Notes: generated by a model not told the origin, from the sequence alone. Positions 25,948-37,643 are shown, counted from the stretch's first letter. The stretch is 64,000 nucleotides of DNA from Candidatus Hydrogenedentota bacterium (GCA_045863295.1 BTWA01000016.1:31058-95057), one strand, 5' to 3'. Translations and numbers: made by a program.

Positions 25948-28161
25948 TCACGCCGTGTCCGGCGCGTCCAGGATCTCCCGCACCTTGCGCAACAAGGCCT
26001 TGGGCTCATAGGGCTTTTGAAGCAATGGTGCGCTCTCGCGCAACTCGTGCCGCAGTCCGCCCACGCCGCCGCTGTAACCGCTGCTGAATAGAACACGCAC
26101 GGCCGGGTTAACGGACCTAATGGAATCGTACACCACGCGGCCGCCCATCTTGGGCATCACGACGTCGAGCACTGCAATGGCTATTGAATCAACATGTGCG
26201 TTAAACACCTCAACCGCCTCCTGGCCGTTGGAGGCACTCAAGACTGTATACCCCGCCGATTCCAGAATGCGCACGCCCAGCCTTCGAAGCGCCTCGTCAT
26301 CCTCCGCAAACAAGACGGTTTCGTGGCCGCCCGCTACCGTCTCGTCCTGCGCTCGTTTGGCATGGCTTGCACTCCGCAGCACCGCTGGCAAATAAATCTT
26401 GAATGCAGTGCCTTTGCCGACTTCGCTGTACACGTGAACCAGCCCGTCGTGTTGACGTACGATGCCGTATACCGTTGCAAGGCCGAGTCCCGTGCCCTTT
26501 CCGGCATCTTTCGTCGTAAAGAACGGGTCGAATATTCTCTTTTGCGTTTCCTCGTCCATTCCCGTTCCGTTATCGCTCATTGTCAACAAAACGTAGGATC
26601 CGGGCTGTGCCCAGGGGTGGGCGTCGCAAAAATCGCGGCTCAACGTCACGTTGGACGTTTCCAGGAGCAAGTCGCCCCCACTCGGCATCGCGTCTCGCGC
26701 ATTGATGCAAATGTTTAAGATAACCTGCTCTATCTGGCCAGGATCTGCATGTACGGTCGAAAGATTTTCGCCGGATTTGAATTCGATGTGAATCGCCGCA
26801 CCTAACGTGCGTCGTAACAATTTGATGAGAGATTCCACAAGGGCATTGACATTGATGTCTTTCCGTTCCAGGATTTGCTGCCGGCTGAACGCGAGCAGTT
26901 GCCGGGTAAGACTCGCGGCGTGGTCCGCACCTTTGATCACCTGCGTCAAATCGCCGTGAAGTTCGCTCCCGGACTCCGCTTTTTCCAGCGCAAGCCGTGA
27001 ATACCCCAGAATCGCCTGCAGAATATTGTTGAAATCGTGCGCGATCCCGCCGGCCAACTGGCCAATGGCCTCCATCTTCTGCGACTGTCGCAGCTGGGTT
27101 TCCAGCGCAATCCGTTGTCGTTCCTCCCGTTCGCTGTTGAGGCGGGCGTTCAGTATCGGCGCCACGGACTTGGAAATCGACTCGAGCAATCGCGCGTCGT
27201 CCGGCTCGTAGGGCTCGGTACGGTTTGCCACCTCTATCAGCCCCACCACTTCTCCTTGATGGATTAAGGGGGAGGCCATGGCCCGATCCAGCACTGCATT
27301 CGGATCGAGCGAACACGCCAGCGGCTCGTTCTCGATAACGGTGCGCTTTTCACGAATTGCTCGAGCCCATATGGTATCCCCCCAAGACTCTGCCGGAAAC
27401 ACATACTCTCGCTCGGGCATCTGGAATGGATGGCCGATTTCCCGGTGCATTCCAGGAACGATCAAACTGCCGTTCTCGTCAATATATCCGAACGCGCCAA
27501 GGCGGCTACCTAGCGCTTCCAGCAGAATCTCAAGCACGCGGACATACATACGATCGTCCGTCACGGTCAAAAACACTTCGGCTATCTTGTTGCGCGTCTG
27601 CAGCTCCTGCTCCGATCGCCGAAGCGCTTCCTCGGCTTTTTTCCGCTCTGCAATCTCCTGTTCCAATTTCCGGTTAACCTCGTCGACATCGATCATCTTG
27701 TCTTCGAGCTTGCGAATCAACGCTTCATTGTATTCCTTGACGGCGCTTGTCTCATCGGATTGAAGGTCGCCCGCGGAGGCATCACGGCCGGTGCCTTGAA
27801 TCAACACATCGGCAATCACACGCAACATCACGCCGGCTTCTTGTGGTTTGGTCAGGAACCGGTCCGCCCCAAGGCGTAAGGCAAATTCTTCATCTTTGGG
27901 ATCGGTATACGTGGCCGTATAGAAGACAAAAGGTATCCGCTTCAACCGGCCATCGCTCTTCCACTCCCGGCACAGGGTGAATCCATCCATACCCGGCATC
28001 AATATGTCAGAGACAATCACATCCGGAGGCTGGCGCCGGGCCAAATCCAGCGCGCTCGCCCCATTCGAAGCCGTGGCCACACGATGGCCGTTGGCTTCCA
28101 AAAGAGTCTCCAGTAAATAGAGATTTTGCGCATTGTCGTCAACCACAAGGACCGTGCTCAT
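25948..28161 (-). CDS. Hybrid sensor kinase/response regulator (REC-GAF-HisKA-HATPase-REC)
   Basis: N-term VLVVDD receiver; H-box [11 protein letters not shown]; [14 protein letters not shown]; C-terminal receiver LDVVMP...KP. Confidence 0.95.
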   Translation of the reverse strand: MSTVLVVDDNAQNLYLLETLLEANGHRVATASNGASALDLARRQPPDVIVSDILMPGMDGFTLCREWKSDGRLKRIPFVFYTATYTDPKDEEFALRLGADRFLTKPQEAGVMLRVIADVLIQGTGRDASAGDLQSDETSAVKEYNEALIRKLEDKMIDVDEVNRKLEQEIAERKKAEEALRRSEQELQTRNKIAEVFLTVTDDRMYVRVLEILLEALGSRLGAFGYIDENGSLIVPGMHREIGHPFQMPEREYVFPAESWGDTIWARAIREKRTVIENEPLACSLDPNAVLDRAMASPLIHQGEVVGLIEVANRTEPYEPDDARLLESISKSVAPILNARLNSEREERQRIALETQLRQSQKMEAIGQLAGGIAHDFNNILQAILGYSRLALEKAESGSELHGDLTQVIKGADHAASLTRQLLAFSRQQILERKDINVNALVESLIKLLRRTLGAAIHIEFKSGENLSTVHADPGQIEQVILNICINARDAMPSGGDLLLETSNVTLSRDFCDAHPWAQPGSYVLLTMSDNGTGMDEETQKRIFDPFFTTKDAGKGTGLGLATVYGIVRQHDGLVHVYSEVGKGTAFKIYLPAVLRSASHAKRAQDETVAGGHETVLFAEDDEALRRLGVRILESAGYTVLSASNGQEAVEVFNAHVDSIAIAVLDVVMPKMGGRVVYDSIRSVNPAVRVLFSSGYSGGVGGLRHELRESAPLLQKPYEPKALLRKVREILDAPDTA

Positions 28162-28547
28162 GGCGAAGCTCCCGGCGATGTATCCTCTATGAACGGCGTG
28201 ATTTCGCTTAGAAACGTTGAAGGATTAATCGGCTTTTCAATATACCCGGAACAACCCGATTCCAAGACACGCTCGCGATCGCCCGGCATGGCATAGGAAG
28301 TCACCGCCACTATCGGTACGCGATTCAGGCTCGCAACGCGGCGCAGTTCCTTGGCCACGCTGTACCCGTCCATCACCGGGAGCTGAATATCCAGCAGAAT
28401 CAGTGCGGGATGCTCGCTCGTGGCAAGGTCAATCCCCTCTTGACCGGTGCAAGCCTCAATGACTTCGTGTCCGGCCTTTTCCAGAATGTACTTGACGAGG
28501 TAGCGATTTTGTTCGTTGTCTTCGATCAAAAGCACTTTTCGCTTCAT
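28158..28547 (-). CDS. Single-domain response regulator (DivK-like)
   Basis: VLLIEDN, LILLDIQLP, AVTSYAM, YIEKP. ATG 28547 overlaps the upstream stop and the stop overlaps the downstream ATG. Confidence 0.93.
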   Translation of the reverse strand: MKRKVLLIEDNEQNRYLVKYILEKAGHEVIEACTGQEGIDLATSEHPALILLDIQLPVMDGYSVAKELRRVASLNRVPIVAVTSYAMPGDRERVLESGCSGYIEKPINPSTFLSEITPFIEDTSPGASP

Positions 28548-30469
28548 GGTTGCGGCTCCACAGGGAAGGGTCCCCGTTCCACCGGTAGCAAAAACGTGAA
28601 TGTACTTCCGGCCCCCCATTCGCTCCTCACTTCGATCGTGCCTCCCAGAAGACTCGCGAGTTTGCTGCAAATCGCGAGTCCAAGGCCGGTGCCCTCATGA
28701 TTCCGGCTCAGTCCGCTATCCAACTGCTGAAAACTCTGAAACAATTTTTGCCGGTCCTCGGACTTGATGCCGATACCCGTGTCCGCAACGTGAATCGCCA
28801 GCCGTTCTCCTTCATCCACAAACGTTACCCGGACGCCGCCTTCGTTCGTAAACTTCAGCCCGTTGTTGACCAGATTGATTAAGACTTGTTCAAACCTCCT
28901 TCGGTCGCTGTATAAGGATGTCAATGAAGGCGGCACCTCGGCTTTTAAGCTCAGACGCTTCTTTTCCGCAATCGGCTTGAACAGGTGCATTACACGGCCA
29001 ACGGATTCATGCGGATCGAAATAGTCGCGCTGAATCGTCATTTGCCCTGCCTCTATCTTGGAGAGGTCCAGCACATCATTGATCAGCTCGAGCAGATGCA
29101 TGGCACTGTTCTGCACCATTCCAAGTTGCTTTGCCTGTTCGTTGTTCAGCGGTCCCGGCAATTCTTCCATCAAAATCCCAGTGAAACCGATAATCGAATT
29201 CAAGGGGGTCCGCAATTCATGTGACATCGCCGCAAGAAAGGCGCTCTTCAATCGATCCGCTGATTCGGCCCGCTCTTTGGCATGGGCCAATTCTGCCGTC
29301 CGTTCCGCGACGCGCTGCTCCAATTCGGTATTGAGTTGAAGCAACTTTTCCTCAGCCTGAACCCGGGCCGTTATGTCTGTTAGCGCCACAAAAACCCGCG
29401 CCCAGGTTGCTTCGTGTCCCGGCACGACCGCCAGGGTTAACGTAACGTGAAACTTCTCCCCCCAACGGTTGTGGTTGATCGCCTCGGTTTGAAAAACCAG
29501 TTGCCCGGCGGACAACGACAGCAGTTCCCGTCTGAAGAGTTCGTAGGTCTCCTCACGCAACACGCTTCCCAGGCGCCCGCACAAATCCTCGCGCCGCTCG
29601 TATTGCAGCAACTCCAACGTGGCCCGGTTTACATCGAGTATCTTCACGAGGTCCGCGCATTCGCGCAGCGCAGCCGGGTACGACTCAAAATGCGCTCGCA
29701 GATCCGTCACACCCGATGCACGCAATTCGTCCAAGTAGGATTTGACGCCGGAAAAATCCTCTTCCCACAGCGACGCGGGACAGTCCTCAAACAATCCCCG
29801 GTACCGCGCTTCGCTTTCGCGCAGTGCTGTTTCCGCGTTGCGGCTCTCCGTAATGTCCGTGCCAATACTCAATATCCCGTCGATATTGCCTTGCGCATCG
29901 AAGGACACTTTGTTCGTCCATGATATCCAAACCTTCGCTCCGTCCCGCCGCATATTTTCGTTGACGTTGAACTCAAACGCCTTAGGATTGGCGCAGATTC
30001 TGTCCATCAGCGGCCTGAGATCGCGCCCCGTGCTCTCGGTTTCAGGTACGATCGTTCCGACCACGTGGCGGCCAACCAATTCTGATTCCTCATACCCGAA
30101 GAACCGAAGCCCATACTCGTTTACGAAAGTAATCTGGCCGTCGCGCGTCCAGCGCATGATGATGCTGTTCGCGTGTTGGACCAGATCCCGGTACTTCAAC
30201 TCGCTCTGCGTCAACGCATCCATCGTGCGGTCTTGTTTGCCAAGCATCCGTTCAAGGTATACGTATGCAATCAAAGCCGTAATGACAACATACGCCACGC
30301 CTTTGATTGACTGGTATTGGATCAGGGTCTGGGGCGAACCATCCAGCGGCAATAGAAAGACATCCGTGGTGGCGACCCATACCGCGCCGAATATCAGGTA
30401 CAGGATGGCCAATCCGGCCGCCCAACGATGGCCTGGCCAACCAGCAATCCGTTCCCGCAACTGAGACAT
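28544..30469 (-). CDS. PAS-domain sensor histidine kinase with two N-terminal TM helices
   Basis: Two hydrophobic helices, two PAS-like regions, MSHELRTPL, NGLKFT, DTGIG, GTGLGL. Confidence 0.95.
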   Translation of the reverse strand: MSQLRERIAGWPGHRWAAGLAILYLIFGAVWVATTDVFLLPLDGSPQTLIQYQSIKGVAYVVITALIAYVYLERMLGKQDRTMDALTQSELKYRDLVQHANSIIMRWTRDGQITFVNEYGLRFFGYEESELVGRHVVGTIVPETESTGRDLRPLMDRICANPKAFEFNVNENMRRDGAKVWISWTNKVSFDAQGNIDGILSIGTDITESRNAETALRESEARYRGLFEDCPASLWEEDFSGVKSYLDELRASGVTDLRAHFESYPAALRECADLVKILDVNRATLELLQYERREDLCGRLGSVLREETYELFRRELLSLSAGQLVFQTEAINHNRWGEKFHVTLTLAVVPGHEATWARVFVALTDITARVQAEEKLLQLNTELEQRVAERTAELAHAKERAESADRLKSAFLAAMSHELRTPLNSIIGFTGILMEELPGPLNNEQAKQLGMVQNSAMHLLELINDVLDLSKIEAGQMTIQRDYFDPHESVGRVMHLFKPIAEKKRLSLKAEVPPSLTSLYSDRRRFEQVLINLVNNGLKFTNEGGVRVTFVDEGERLAIHVADTGIGIKSEDRQKLFQSFQQLDSGLSRNHEGTGLGLAICSKLASLLGGTIEVRSEWGAGSTFTFLLPVERGPFPVEPQP

Positions 30470-30751
30470 GGCGTTTTTCTCCCGCCCAATGCTTTAGTCG
30501 TGTCCGCACGGCCGTATGGGTAACAATTCTGGATGACCGGGTAATGCTTCGCAGCGGCACGTGCGTGGAAACACCACTATACGCCAAATAGCCGTCAACC
30601 GCGACTCACGAAGGCTCTACTGGGGCACCCGCTAAAGCAGCGAAGCGATTATCGCAAAAGTGCTCCTTGTCGAATTGATGAATACGGAGATGGCGGTTGC
30701 GTTGTTCGCGCAATCGCACTTGGCTTATTCTCGTTTTGGAAGGAATCGCGA

Positions 30752-31798
30752 ATGAACGACATATCCGGGCACATCAATCGTAGGGAATTTGCGCAAGCCG
30801 GCGCGGCCGCCATTGCCATGGCGCTGGCCTGCACCAGGGGTGAAACCGCCATGCAATCGCTTCAGGAGTTTCAAGGCTACCAGGCTCAGCGGCGCCACGA
30901 ACTTTGGTCTCTTCTGGGTGATCTGCCGGCCCGGCGGGCCCCCACGGCGCAGGTGATCGGAGTAGACCAGCACGACGGCTTCAAAATCGAGCGGCTTGTA
31001 CTGGACCTCAACGGCATTCAGCCTGTACCCGCTCTTCTGCTCGTTCCCGACAATTTGAAGGCACCCGCCCCCGCCATGCACTACATCCACTGGCACGGCG
31101 GCGACTATTTTGTCGGCAAAGAAGAACTGCTTAATGGCACCAGCGCCATGCAGCCTTATGCGCCGGTGTATGCGAAGAAGGGCATCGTGGCCCTTGCCAT
31201 CGACAGTTGGTGTTTCGGCGAGCGCGCGCCCTATCCCGACAACGGTGGCCGCGGCGAAGGCGACACTTTTAAGGAGATGTTGTGGAAGGGGCAAGTTCTC
31301 TTCGGCATGATGATGTTCGATGAATGGCAAGCGTTGAACTACCTATGCACCCGGCCCGAAGTGGATGTGAACCGAATCGGCAGCTTTGGCATTTCCATGG
31401 GATCCACCAAGTCCTGGTGGCTCGCGGCGCTCGACGAACGCATCAAGGTTTGCATGGATCTCTGTTGCCTCACCGATTTCGAAGCGTTGCTTGAAGACAA
31501 AGGCCAGACCCATCATGGCATTTACTACTATGTGCCCAGCTTGCTGAAACACTTTCAGACGCATACGATCAATGAACTCATCGTGCCGCGTCCCCGCCTT
31601 AGTCTCAACGGAAGCCAGGACAAACTCACCCCCGCCCGCGGCGTCGAACGCATCCGCGATTATCTCCTGCCGCTCTATCACGAATACGGCAAGGAAGCGG
31701 ACTGCCGCATCGAACTCTTTGACTGCGGTCACACGGAATTGCCGGAGATGCGTGCGGTAATTCTGGAGTGGATCGACAATCATTTGGTTAACGGATAA
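30752..31798 (+). CDS. Alpha/beta hydrolase (dienelactone hydrolase/esterase-like) with Tat-type signal
   Basis: NRREF twin-arginine motif; GISMG nucleophile elbow; HWHGG; C-terminal catalytic GH. Confidence 0.85.
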   Translation: MNDISGHINRREFAQAGAAAIAMALACTRGETAMQSLQEFQGYQAQRRHELWSLLGDLPARRAPTAQVIGVDQHDGFKIERLVLDLNGIQPVPALLLVPDNLKAPAPAMHYIHWHGGDYFVGKEELLNGTSAMQPYAPVYAKKGIVALAIDSWCFGERAPYPDNGGRGEGDTFKEMLWKGQVLFGMMMFDEWQALNYLCTRPEVDVNRIGSFGISMGSTKSWWLAALDERIKVCMDLCCLTDFEALLEDKGQTHHGIYYYVPSLLKHFQTHTINELIVPRPRLSLNGSQDKLTPARGVERIRDYLLPLYHEYGKEADCRIELFDCGHTELPEMRAVILEWIDNHLVNG

Positions 31799-32062
31799 TG
31801 AGCGACCTCCAGTTACTGGGTGCGACGCGGCAATGCATTGCCCCTTAGTGAATAGGTCTCCCCGTTGCACTGCCCCGCCAAAAGCGCTAGCGGATTGTAA
31901 CAAGGGGTTTTTATTGTATTGTTGAGATTACGGATTGCTTATTCATGAGTTGCGCAGTTTTTGTAGAATTTTGTTGCGTTGGCGACGATTGCAGTGGGTT
32001 TTCCGGCCTGCCACGTGACGCCCGCGTTCCTCCTCGTGCCTCGCCGATCCGCGAAGTGCAGT

Positions 32063-34066
32063 TCAGTCCTTTCTTCCTCGGAACTCTTCTCCGATTTCAT
32101 CTGCTTTCATTGTCGTCAGGTCTTCGCGATTGTAGAAGTAAAATCGCCCGCTTTCTTCGCCCGCAATGAGGTCGGGGCCGTTGGGGTTGCCGAAGTCGGC
32201 AACGGCGGGGCTGCACGCGTGTTGGCCGAGGTAGATGGGCTTGCCTTTGAAGGCGAACAGTTCGGGCCGGTTGTAACGGGGTTGGTTCTCGGTGCCTACG
32301 TTCTTAATGAATAGAATCGAGGATCCGGGCAAACCGAGGGATTGAGGAAGCCCCTGATCCGGATCGGGCACAGAGCCGTGGCGGGGCGTGCCGACGATGA
32401 GATCTTTTACGCCGTCTTGGTCCCAATCGGTCAACACGATTTTCAAGCGGCCGGATCCGCCCGCGTGGAGGAAGTTCGCCTTCATGACTTCGCCGGTGGC
32501 GAGTTGGAGTTTGAATCCTTCGGTGACGTGGCGTTCGTCTTCCTGCCAATAAAGGTGGAACTCGTCGTCGCCGTCGAGCGCGATGTAGGCCATGCCGCCG
32601 TCCATCACGCCCACGCCGGGCTGCACGCGCCACGTGCCGTAGAGGTCGAGACCGTCGTAATAGAGAAACGTGCCGGTGGCGAGTTGGGGCGCGGCGGTTG
32701 AGCCAGTATTCTCGAAATACGTGTGCCGTGCGGTGCTGTCGCTCATCACGATGTCGAGATCGCCATCCTGATCCCAATCCACAACCGTTGGACAAACGTA
32801 GCCCCAGCGGGCTTCCTGCGGTCCTTGGATGTCGAGGCCGTACCCGGGTTGGATGTGGATGCATTGTCCGCCTGCTTCCAACGGAATACCGGGCAGAAAC
32901 TTCGGATCGACGTTGGATCCATCGTTCTCGATGAACAGGATGAATCCCTCTGAGTTTCCGGCCACTATGTCTTTGTCGCCGTCTCCGTCCCAGTCCACCA
33001 CGTTGGTAACCGGCAGTGTGCCGGCGTAAAGATGCGACTTTTCTTCCAGCACCGGTACGGGTACATCAAAGACGGGCTTACCCTCGGGTGTAAAGTGACC
33101 GAGAAACCGATACCAGTACAACGCGCCTTCGCCTGCGGCGATGAGGTCGGTGTATGTGCCTGCCGCGTTGGGAAACGCCGTGGGCGCAGGGTGAATCGAG
33201 GGGTGCCGCAATGCAATGCCATCGCGCGCGACAAGGTGCTTGCGCTGAGACGGCGCGGTGGGATCGGCGACATAGTGAAATTCGCCGTAGTGCGATCCGG
33301 CAATGACGCCGGCATGCCCTTCGCGCAACTGGACGGGCGCAAAGCCGTAGTAGCCAATACGAACGTCGCGCTCCCTGGAAGAAACAAGATACGCGGGTTC
33401 CGTCGCGCTGTTAAAACCGTCCGGCAGGCGTGCGGCATACAGCCCAACATAGGGCATGCCAAAGCGCCAGATGCCGCGCCCGTCGTAGGGATCGTACTCC
33501 GGTGATCGCGAACTCACAGGAGACTGTGGCGCGGGCGCGCCGTCACTCACGCCGAACAGAAGCAGAATTGACCCATCCGTCCGCTCCATCGCGCCAAGGT
33601 CGCGTATTGTGCGCGGCAAGCCCGTGACGTTTATCGTCCCTTTCTCTTCGAACATCATCGTATCGGCGTTGAGTACGCAGTGCATGACGTTCGAATCCGA
33701 AGGCCACAATGCATGCACGGTGCCGTCCTTGGTCTGAAAGATTGCGCCGGAGGGCGGATATGGTGTTTCAAACGGATGGCCTACCTCGCCATGCAGGGCA
33801 AACACGGGCTCGCCGCGATCACCTCGCTTCACGAAATGATAGAGATACAGTCCCTTCTTCATGCCGTGCCGCCCGGTGGCCACGAACAGGTCGGGCTCTT
33901 GCCCGCCTGTGATCCGCGCCGTGCCCAGCGGCACATTCACGACTCCGTACGTGGAGAGCGGTCCCAATCCATCCGGAGCGCCTGTCGGAATCATGGCGCC
34001 GCTTTCGAGGGCATGGGCCGCGCCGGCAATTATGAGTGTAAGCAATGCACGGAGAATAGAATGCAT
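32063..34066 (-). CDS. FG-GAP/VCBS repeat secreted protein
   Basis: Repeated VDWDGDGDKDIVAG, VDWDQDGDLDIV, DWDQDGVKDLIVG and ADFG..DLIAG motifs; signal peptide. Confidence 0.88.
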   Translation of the reverse strand: MHSILRALLTLIIAGAAHALESGAMIPTGAPDGLGPLSTYGVVNVPLGTARITGGQEPDLFVATGRHGMKKGLYLYHFVKRGDRGEPVFALHGEVGHPFETPYPPSGAIFQTKDGTVHALWPSDSNVMHCVLNADTMMFEEKGTINVTGLPRTIRDLGAMERTDGSILLLFGVSDGAPAPQSPVSSRSPEYDPYDGRGIWRFGMPYVGLYAARLPDGFNSATEPAYLVSSRERDVRIGYYGFAPVQLREGHAGVIAGSHYGEFHYVADPTAPSQRKHLVARDGIALRHPSIHPAPTAFPNAAGTYTDLIAAGEGALYWYRFLGHFTPEGKPVFDVPVPVLEEKSHLYAGTLPVTNVVDWDGDGDKDIVAGNSEGFILFIENDGSNVDPKFLPGIPLEAGGQCIHIQPGYGLDIQGPQEARWGYVCPTVVDWDQDGDLDIVMSDSTARHTYFENTGSTAAPQLATGTFLYYDGLDLYGTWRVQPGVGVMDGGMAYIALDGDDEFHLYWQEDERHVTEGFKLQLATGEVMKANFLHAGGSGRLKIVLTDWDQDGVKDLIVGTPRHGSVPDPDQGLPQSLGLPGSSILFIKNVGTENQPRYNRPELFAFKGKPIYLGQHACSPAVADFGNPNGPDLIAGEESGRFYFYNREDLTTMKADEIGEEFRGRKD

Positions 34067-34357
34067 GGTGAGACGCTCCGTTGAATTCAGTTATTGGCAA
34101 GGTAGATTCTAACGTTGATATCTATGCACAGGCCAATGGTGCGCGGTGCAGTCTAAGTTGGTGCTTTTGAGTGATACATTAAAAAAAAGTGGCAAAAATT
34201 TTAATGTGACTGGCCACTTTAAAGTGCTTTCGTATAGTTGTTTGTAAGCTATTGAAAACAATTATGTTGTGCATTAAAGTCCAAATTGTGCCTCGATACA
34301 TAAGTTCTTTTGTGTCAGTGAATTAGGATTTGAGCCGCAGCTAACTGGGAGAGCACG

Positions 34358-35887
34358 ATGTCGCGTCTGAAACACCCGTCCCGTCGCGAGTTTATGTCGG
34401 CGGCAGCCGTCACAGGAATTGCCTTTGCAACCCCTTGGGCTCGGGGGGCGGTTTCCCGGCGTCCCAACATTCTCTTTGCCATCGCGGACGATTGGTCGTG
34501 GCCGCATGCTTCGATTGGCGGGACTGGGGAGGTTCATACGCCTGCGTTCGACCGCGTAGCACGGGAAGGGTGTCTCTTTACGAATTGCATCACGGCGGCG
34601 CCGCAATGTTCGCCAAACCGGGCGGCGATACTGACCGGGCGGCACATCTGGCAACTGGCCGAGGCGGGCACGCACGCCAGCATTTTCCCGCGCACGCATC
34701 CGGTCTACCCGGATCTGCTCGCGGCCAATGGGTATCACGTGGGATATACGGGCAAGGGTTGGGGGCCGGGGGATTGGCAACGCGGGGGATGGACGCAGAA
34801 TCCGGCCGGCAGAGAGTACAACGAAAAGCGGTTCGATGCCGTTCCGGTGGACGGCATTATCAATCACGATTATGCGGGCAATTTCGAGACATTCCTGGCA
34901 GCGCGGCCCGAGGGAGCGCCGTTCTGCTTCTGGTATGGCGGCAAGGAGCCGCACCGCAAGTACGAGGTGGGTTCGGGCAGACGCGCGGGAAAAGATGCGG
35001 CTAAGGTCCGGGTGCCGGCGTATCTTCCCGACGATCCCGCCGTGCGGAATGATTTTCTCGACTACTTTCTCGAAATCGAGTGGTTTGACAGCCAGCTTGG
35101 CACGATGTTGTCCACGCTGGAGCAAATGGGCGAGTTGGACAATACGCTGGTCATTGTCACGGGGGACAACGGCATGTCGTTTCCGCGGGCAAAGGCCAAC
35201 GTGTACGAACATGGCGTACATGTTCCATTGGCGATGCGATGGCCGGGCCGGATAGACGCAGGCCGGACCGAGGCGTCGCTGGTGAGTTGTGTCGACTTTG
35301 CGCCCACTTTCCTTGCCGCCGCCGGATTGTCGATTCCTGAGTCCGTCACCGGCAAGAGTCTGTCTCCCTTGTTCGGTGCGGGCGGCGATTCGGCAAATGA
35401 ATTCGTTTTGACCGGTCGCGAACGGCACACCCATGCGCGATTCGACAATTGGGGTTATCCCAGCCGCGCGATTCGCACACAAGACCACCTTTACATCTGG
35501 AATCTCAAACCCGATCGCTGGCCCGCGGGCGATCCGGACGGGTACCATGACATCGACGCGGCACCGTCGAAATCCGTGTTGACGGACAATCCCGATAAGT
35601 ATGCCAAGTACTTCGAGTTGAGTCTGGGCAAACGGCCGGAGGAGGAACTGTATGCCGTCGATAGAGACGGCGACTGCATGAACAACCTGGCCGCCGATCC
35701 CGCCCATGCGGATGTAAAGGCGGCTTTACGTGCGGCCCTCGAAAAGGCACTCAAGGAACAGGGCGATCCACGCATGCGCGGCAGTGAGGTCTTCGACAGC
35801 TATCCGCGCGTGAGTGAAATGCGTCCGGAACTTGGCGGTTTTGCCGCACGCGGCGAATACAACCCGAAGTATGGGGCGCCCGAGTAA
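34358..35887 (+). CDS. Cys-type sulfatase (N-sulfoglucosamine sulfohydrolase-like) with Tat signal
   Basis: SRREFM Tat motif; PNILFAIADD; CSPNRAAILTGR signature; GYTGKGW; GDNG. Confidence 0.95.
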   Translation: MSRLKHPSRREFMSAAAVTGIAFATPWARGAVSRRPNILFAIADDWSWPHASIGGTGEVHTPAFDRVAREGCLFTNCITAAPQCSPNRAAILTGRHIWQLAEAGTHASIFPRTHPVYPDLLAANGYHVGYTGKGWGPGDWQRGGWTQNPAGREYNEKRFDAVPVDGIINHDYAGNFETFLAARPEGAPFCFWYGGKEPHRKYEVGSGRRAGKDAAKVRVPAYLPDDPAVRNDFLDYFLEIEWFDSQLGTMLSTLEQMGELDNTLVIVTGDNGMSFPRAKANVYEHGVHVPLAMRWPGRIDAGRTEASLVSCVDFAPTFLAAAGLSIPESVTGKSLSPLFGAGGDSANEFVLTGRERHTHARFDNWGYPSRAIRTQDHLYIWNLKPDRWPAGDPDGYHDIDAAPSKSVLTDNPDKYAKYFELSLGKRPEEELYAVDRDGDCMNNLAADPAHADVKAALRAALEKALKEQGDPRMRGSEVFDSYPRVSEMRPELGGFAARGEYNPKYGAPE

Positions 35888-35898
35888 ATTTTGTGCGG

Positions 35899-37602
35899 TT
35901 ATCGCGCCTTGCCGGTCAGATTACCTTGGGTGGCTACGTCATTTTCCTGTGGGATAATGGCGACTTCCGCTTTGCGCAAATCGTTGTTCATGAGCGCGAT
36001 GTCCTGACACGAGCCCTCCAGTTTCAAAAAACCTTGTGACGCGCCGGCAACGGTATCGCGGATGAGAATGCCCTGAGAATTCGCGAGGAGCATCGACGCG
36101 TGTGATTCCGGATGAACCTCCGCGTTGACGCCGTCGATGATCGCATCGCGCACATCGTCTGCAACGATTGCCGGACGGCCATCCATTGCTTCAAATTGCA
36201 GATCGATTCCGGACATCCGAAGTCCGGTTGCGTGCCGTATGTAGAAACCATATGCGGGCAAGGCATCGAACATGGTGATCTCCGGATACTTCTCAGGGTT
36301 TTCGGGTACATCCGCCCACGGCCGTTCCGTGCCGCCTCCGGCAAACGATATACGTATGTTGGACAGGGACAGGTTTTCAATCGGGTGATCCGGCAACCCC
36401 GCAATCGCGCAACCGGTGTTGCTCGCTCCCGTCGCCACGATATTGCTGATTGAGATATCGCGAATTGTGCCCACGGGTGGTAGCGGATCCAGGGGGTGCG
36501 CGGAGGGGCGCGCCGCCCTTCCGCGGTTGCCGAGGCGTATGAAGATGGGCGCAACTGTACCTTCCACCGTGATATTTGAAATCGCGACACGACGCATCGA
36601 TCCACCGTCCACTATTTCCAACGCAATGCCTGCAAGCCCCTCTACCCGGCCGTGATACTCGTCAGTCACTGAGGACCGGCGAATCACTGAATTTGATATC
36701 GTAATGTCATTGAATCCACCTGCTGATTCCGTACCGGCTTTGATGGCGTTGCAGTGTGAACTCAATACGCAGTTGGACACGACGACATGTTCCGTGGGTC
36801 TTGACCCAGTGCTCTTGAGCGTCAGGGCATCGTCGTCTGTGTCGCCGAAGCAATCCGATACGATCACATTCCGGCAGCCATCGATATCGATCATGTCGTT
36901 GTTCGCGCATCCATGGTTGAACACGCTCACGCCTCGGATGGTGACGAAGTCGCAGTCGAGATAGTGTTGCATCCACATCGGCGAAGCGCGCATGGCTACC
37001 CCTTCCACGCGAACGTTCCGGCAACTGATGAATCGAATGACATACGGCCGATTCATGTAGCGTGGCTCTGGAATAAACCGGCCTTCCGGTTCGAGCAGCG
37101 GTTTCACGGCGGCGATTTCTTCCGCCGTGGCGACATTGCCTTTGAACAGATGGCCCTGGCCGTCGATAACTCCGGTACCGGTGATGCCGATGTTTTGAAG
37201 ACCCTCGCCCCAGATCAAGGCGCGCAGTGTGTACGCATCACTGCGCGACGGGTACTTGCAGACATTGATTGGATAGTCGGACAAGGCGCCGCTGCCCAGC
37301 AGTGTGGCGGCGTGATCAAGGTGCAGCACTACGTTGTCTTTCATATAGAGGGTCCCGCTCAGAAACGTGCCCCGCGGAATTAGGACGGTGCCGCCTCCCG
37401 CAGCGGCGCATGCGTCTATCGCTGCTTGCAGGACGGTCGTGTTAAGTGTGGTCCCATCGCCCTTTGCGCCAAAAGTGGTCACGTTGTAGACGCCTGTCGC
37501 TGCCGGCTTGGTTTCGGCGGGTAAGGGTGTTGCGCTAAAGGCAGTGTAGAAGGCAAGGCCGATCGTTACGGCGAGTCGGTGCGCACGTTGGGTCGTATAC
37601 AT
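35899..37602 (-). CDS. Glycoside hydrolase family 28 (polygalacturonase-like)
   Basis: YNVTTFGAKGDG, NNDMIDID, DDALTLKS, CNAIKAGTES. Likely start ATG 37602 (AAAGGGGG upstream); the track extension overlaps the next gene. Confidence 0.92.
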   Translation of the reverse strand: MYTTQRAHRLAVTIGLAFYTAFSATPLPAETKPAATGVYNVTTFGAKGDGTTLNTTVLQAAIDACAAAGGGTVLIPRGTFLSGTLYMKDNVVLHLDHAATLLGSGALSDYPINVCKYPSRSDAYTLRALIWGEGLQNIGITGTGVIDGQGHLFKGNVATAEEIAAVKPLLEPEGRFIPEPRYMNRPYVIRFISCRNVRVEGVAMRASPMWMQHYLDCDFVTIRGVSVFNHGCANNDMIDIDGCRNVIVSDCFGDTDDDALTLKSTGSRPTEHVVVSNCVLSSHCNAIKAGTESAGGFNDITISNSVIRRSSVTDEYHGRVEGLAGIALEIVDGGSMRRVAISNITVEGTVAPIFIRLGNRGRAARPSAHPLDPLPPVGTIRDISISNIVATGASNTGCAIAGLPDHPIENLSLSNIRISFAGGGTERPWADVPENPEKYPEITMFDALPAYGFYIRHATGLRMSGIDLQFEAMDGRPAIVADDVRDAIIDGVNAEVHPESHASMLLANSQGILIRDTVAGASQGFLKLEGSCQDIALMNNDLRKAEVAIIPQENDVATQGNLTGKAR

Positions 37603-37643
37603 GACATCCCCCTTTTTAGAATCGACTAATCCAGCCTCGTTCA

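Noticed and set aside
25948-30469. Three-gene kinase/receiver/hybrid kinase operon as a novel system
   Set aside because: Common phosphorelay architecture with standard motifs.
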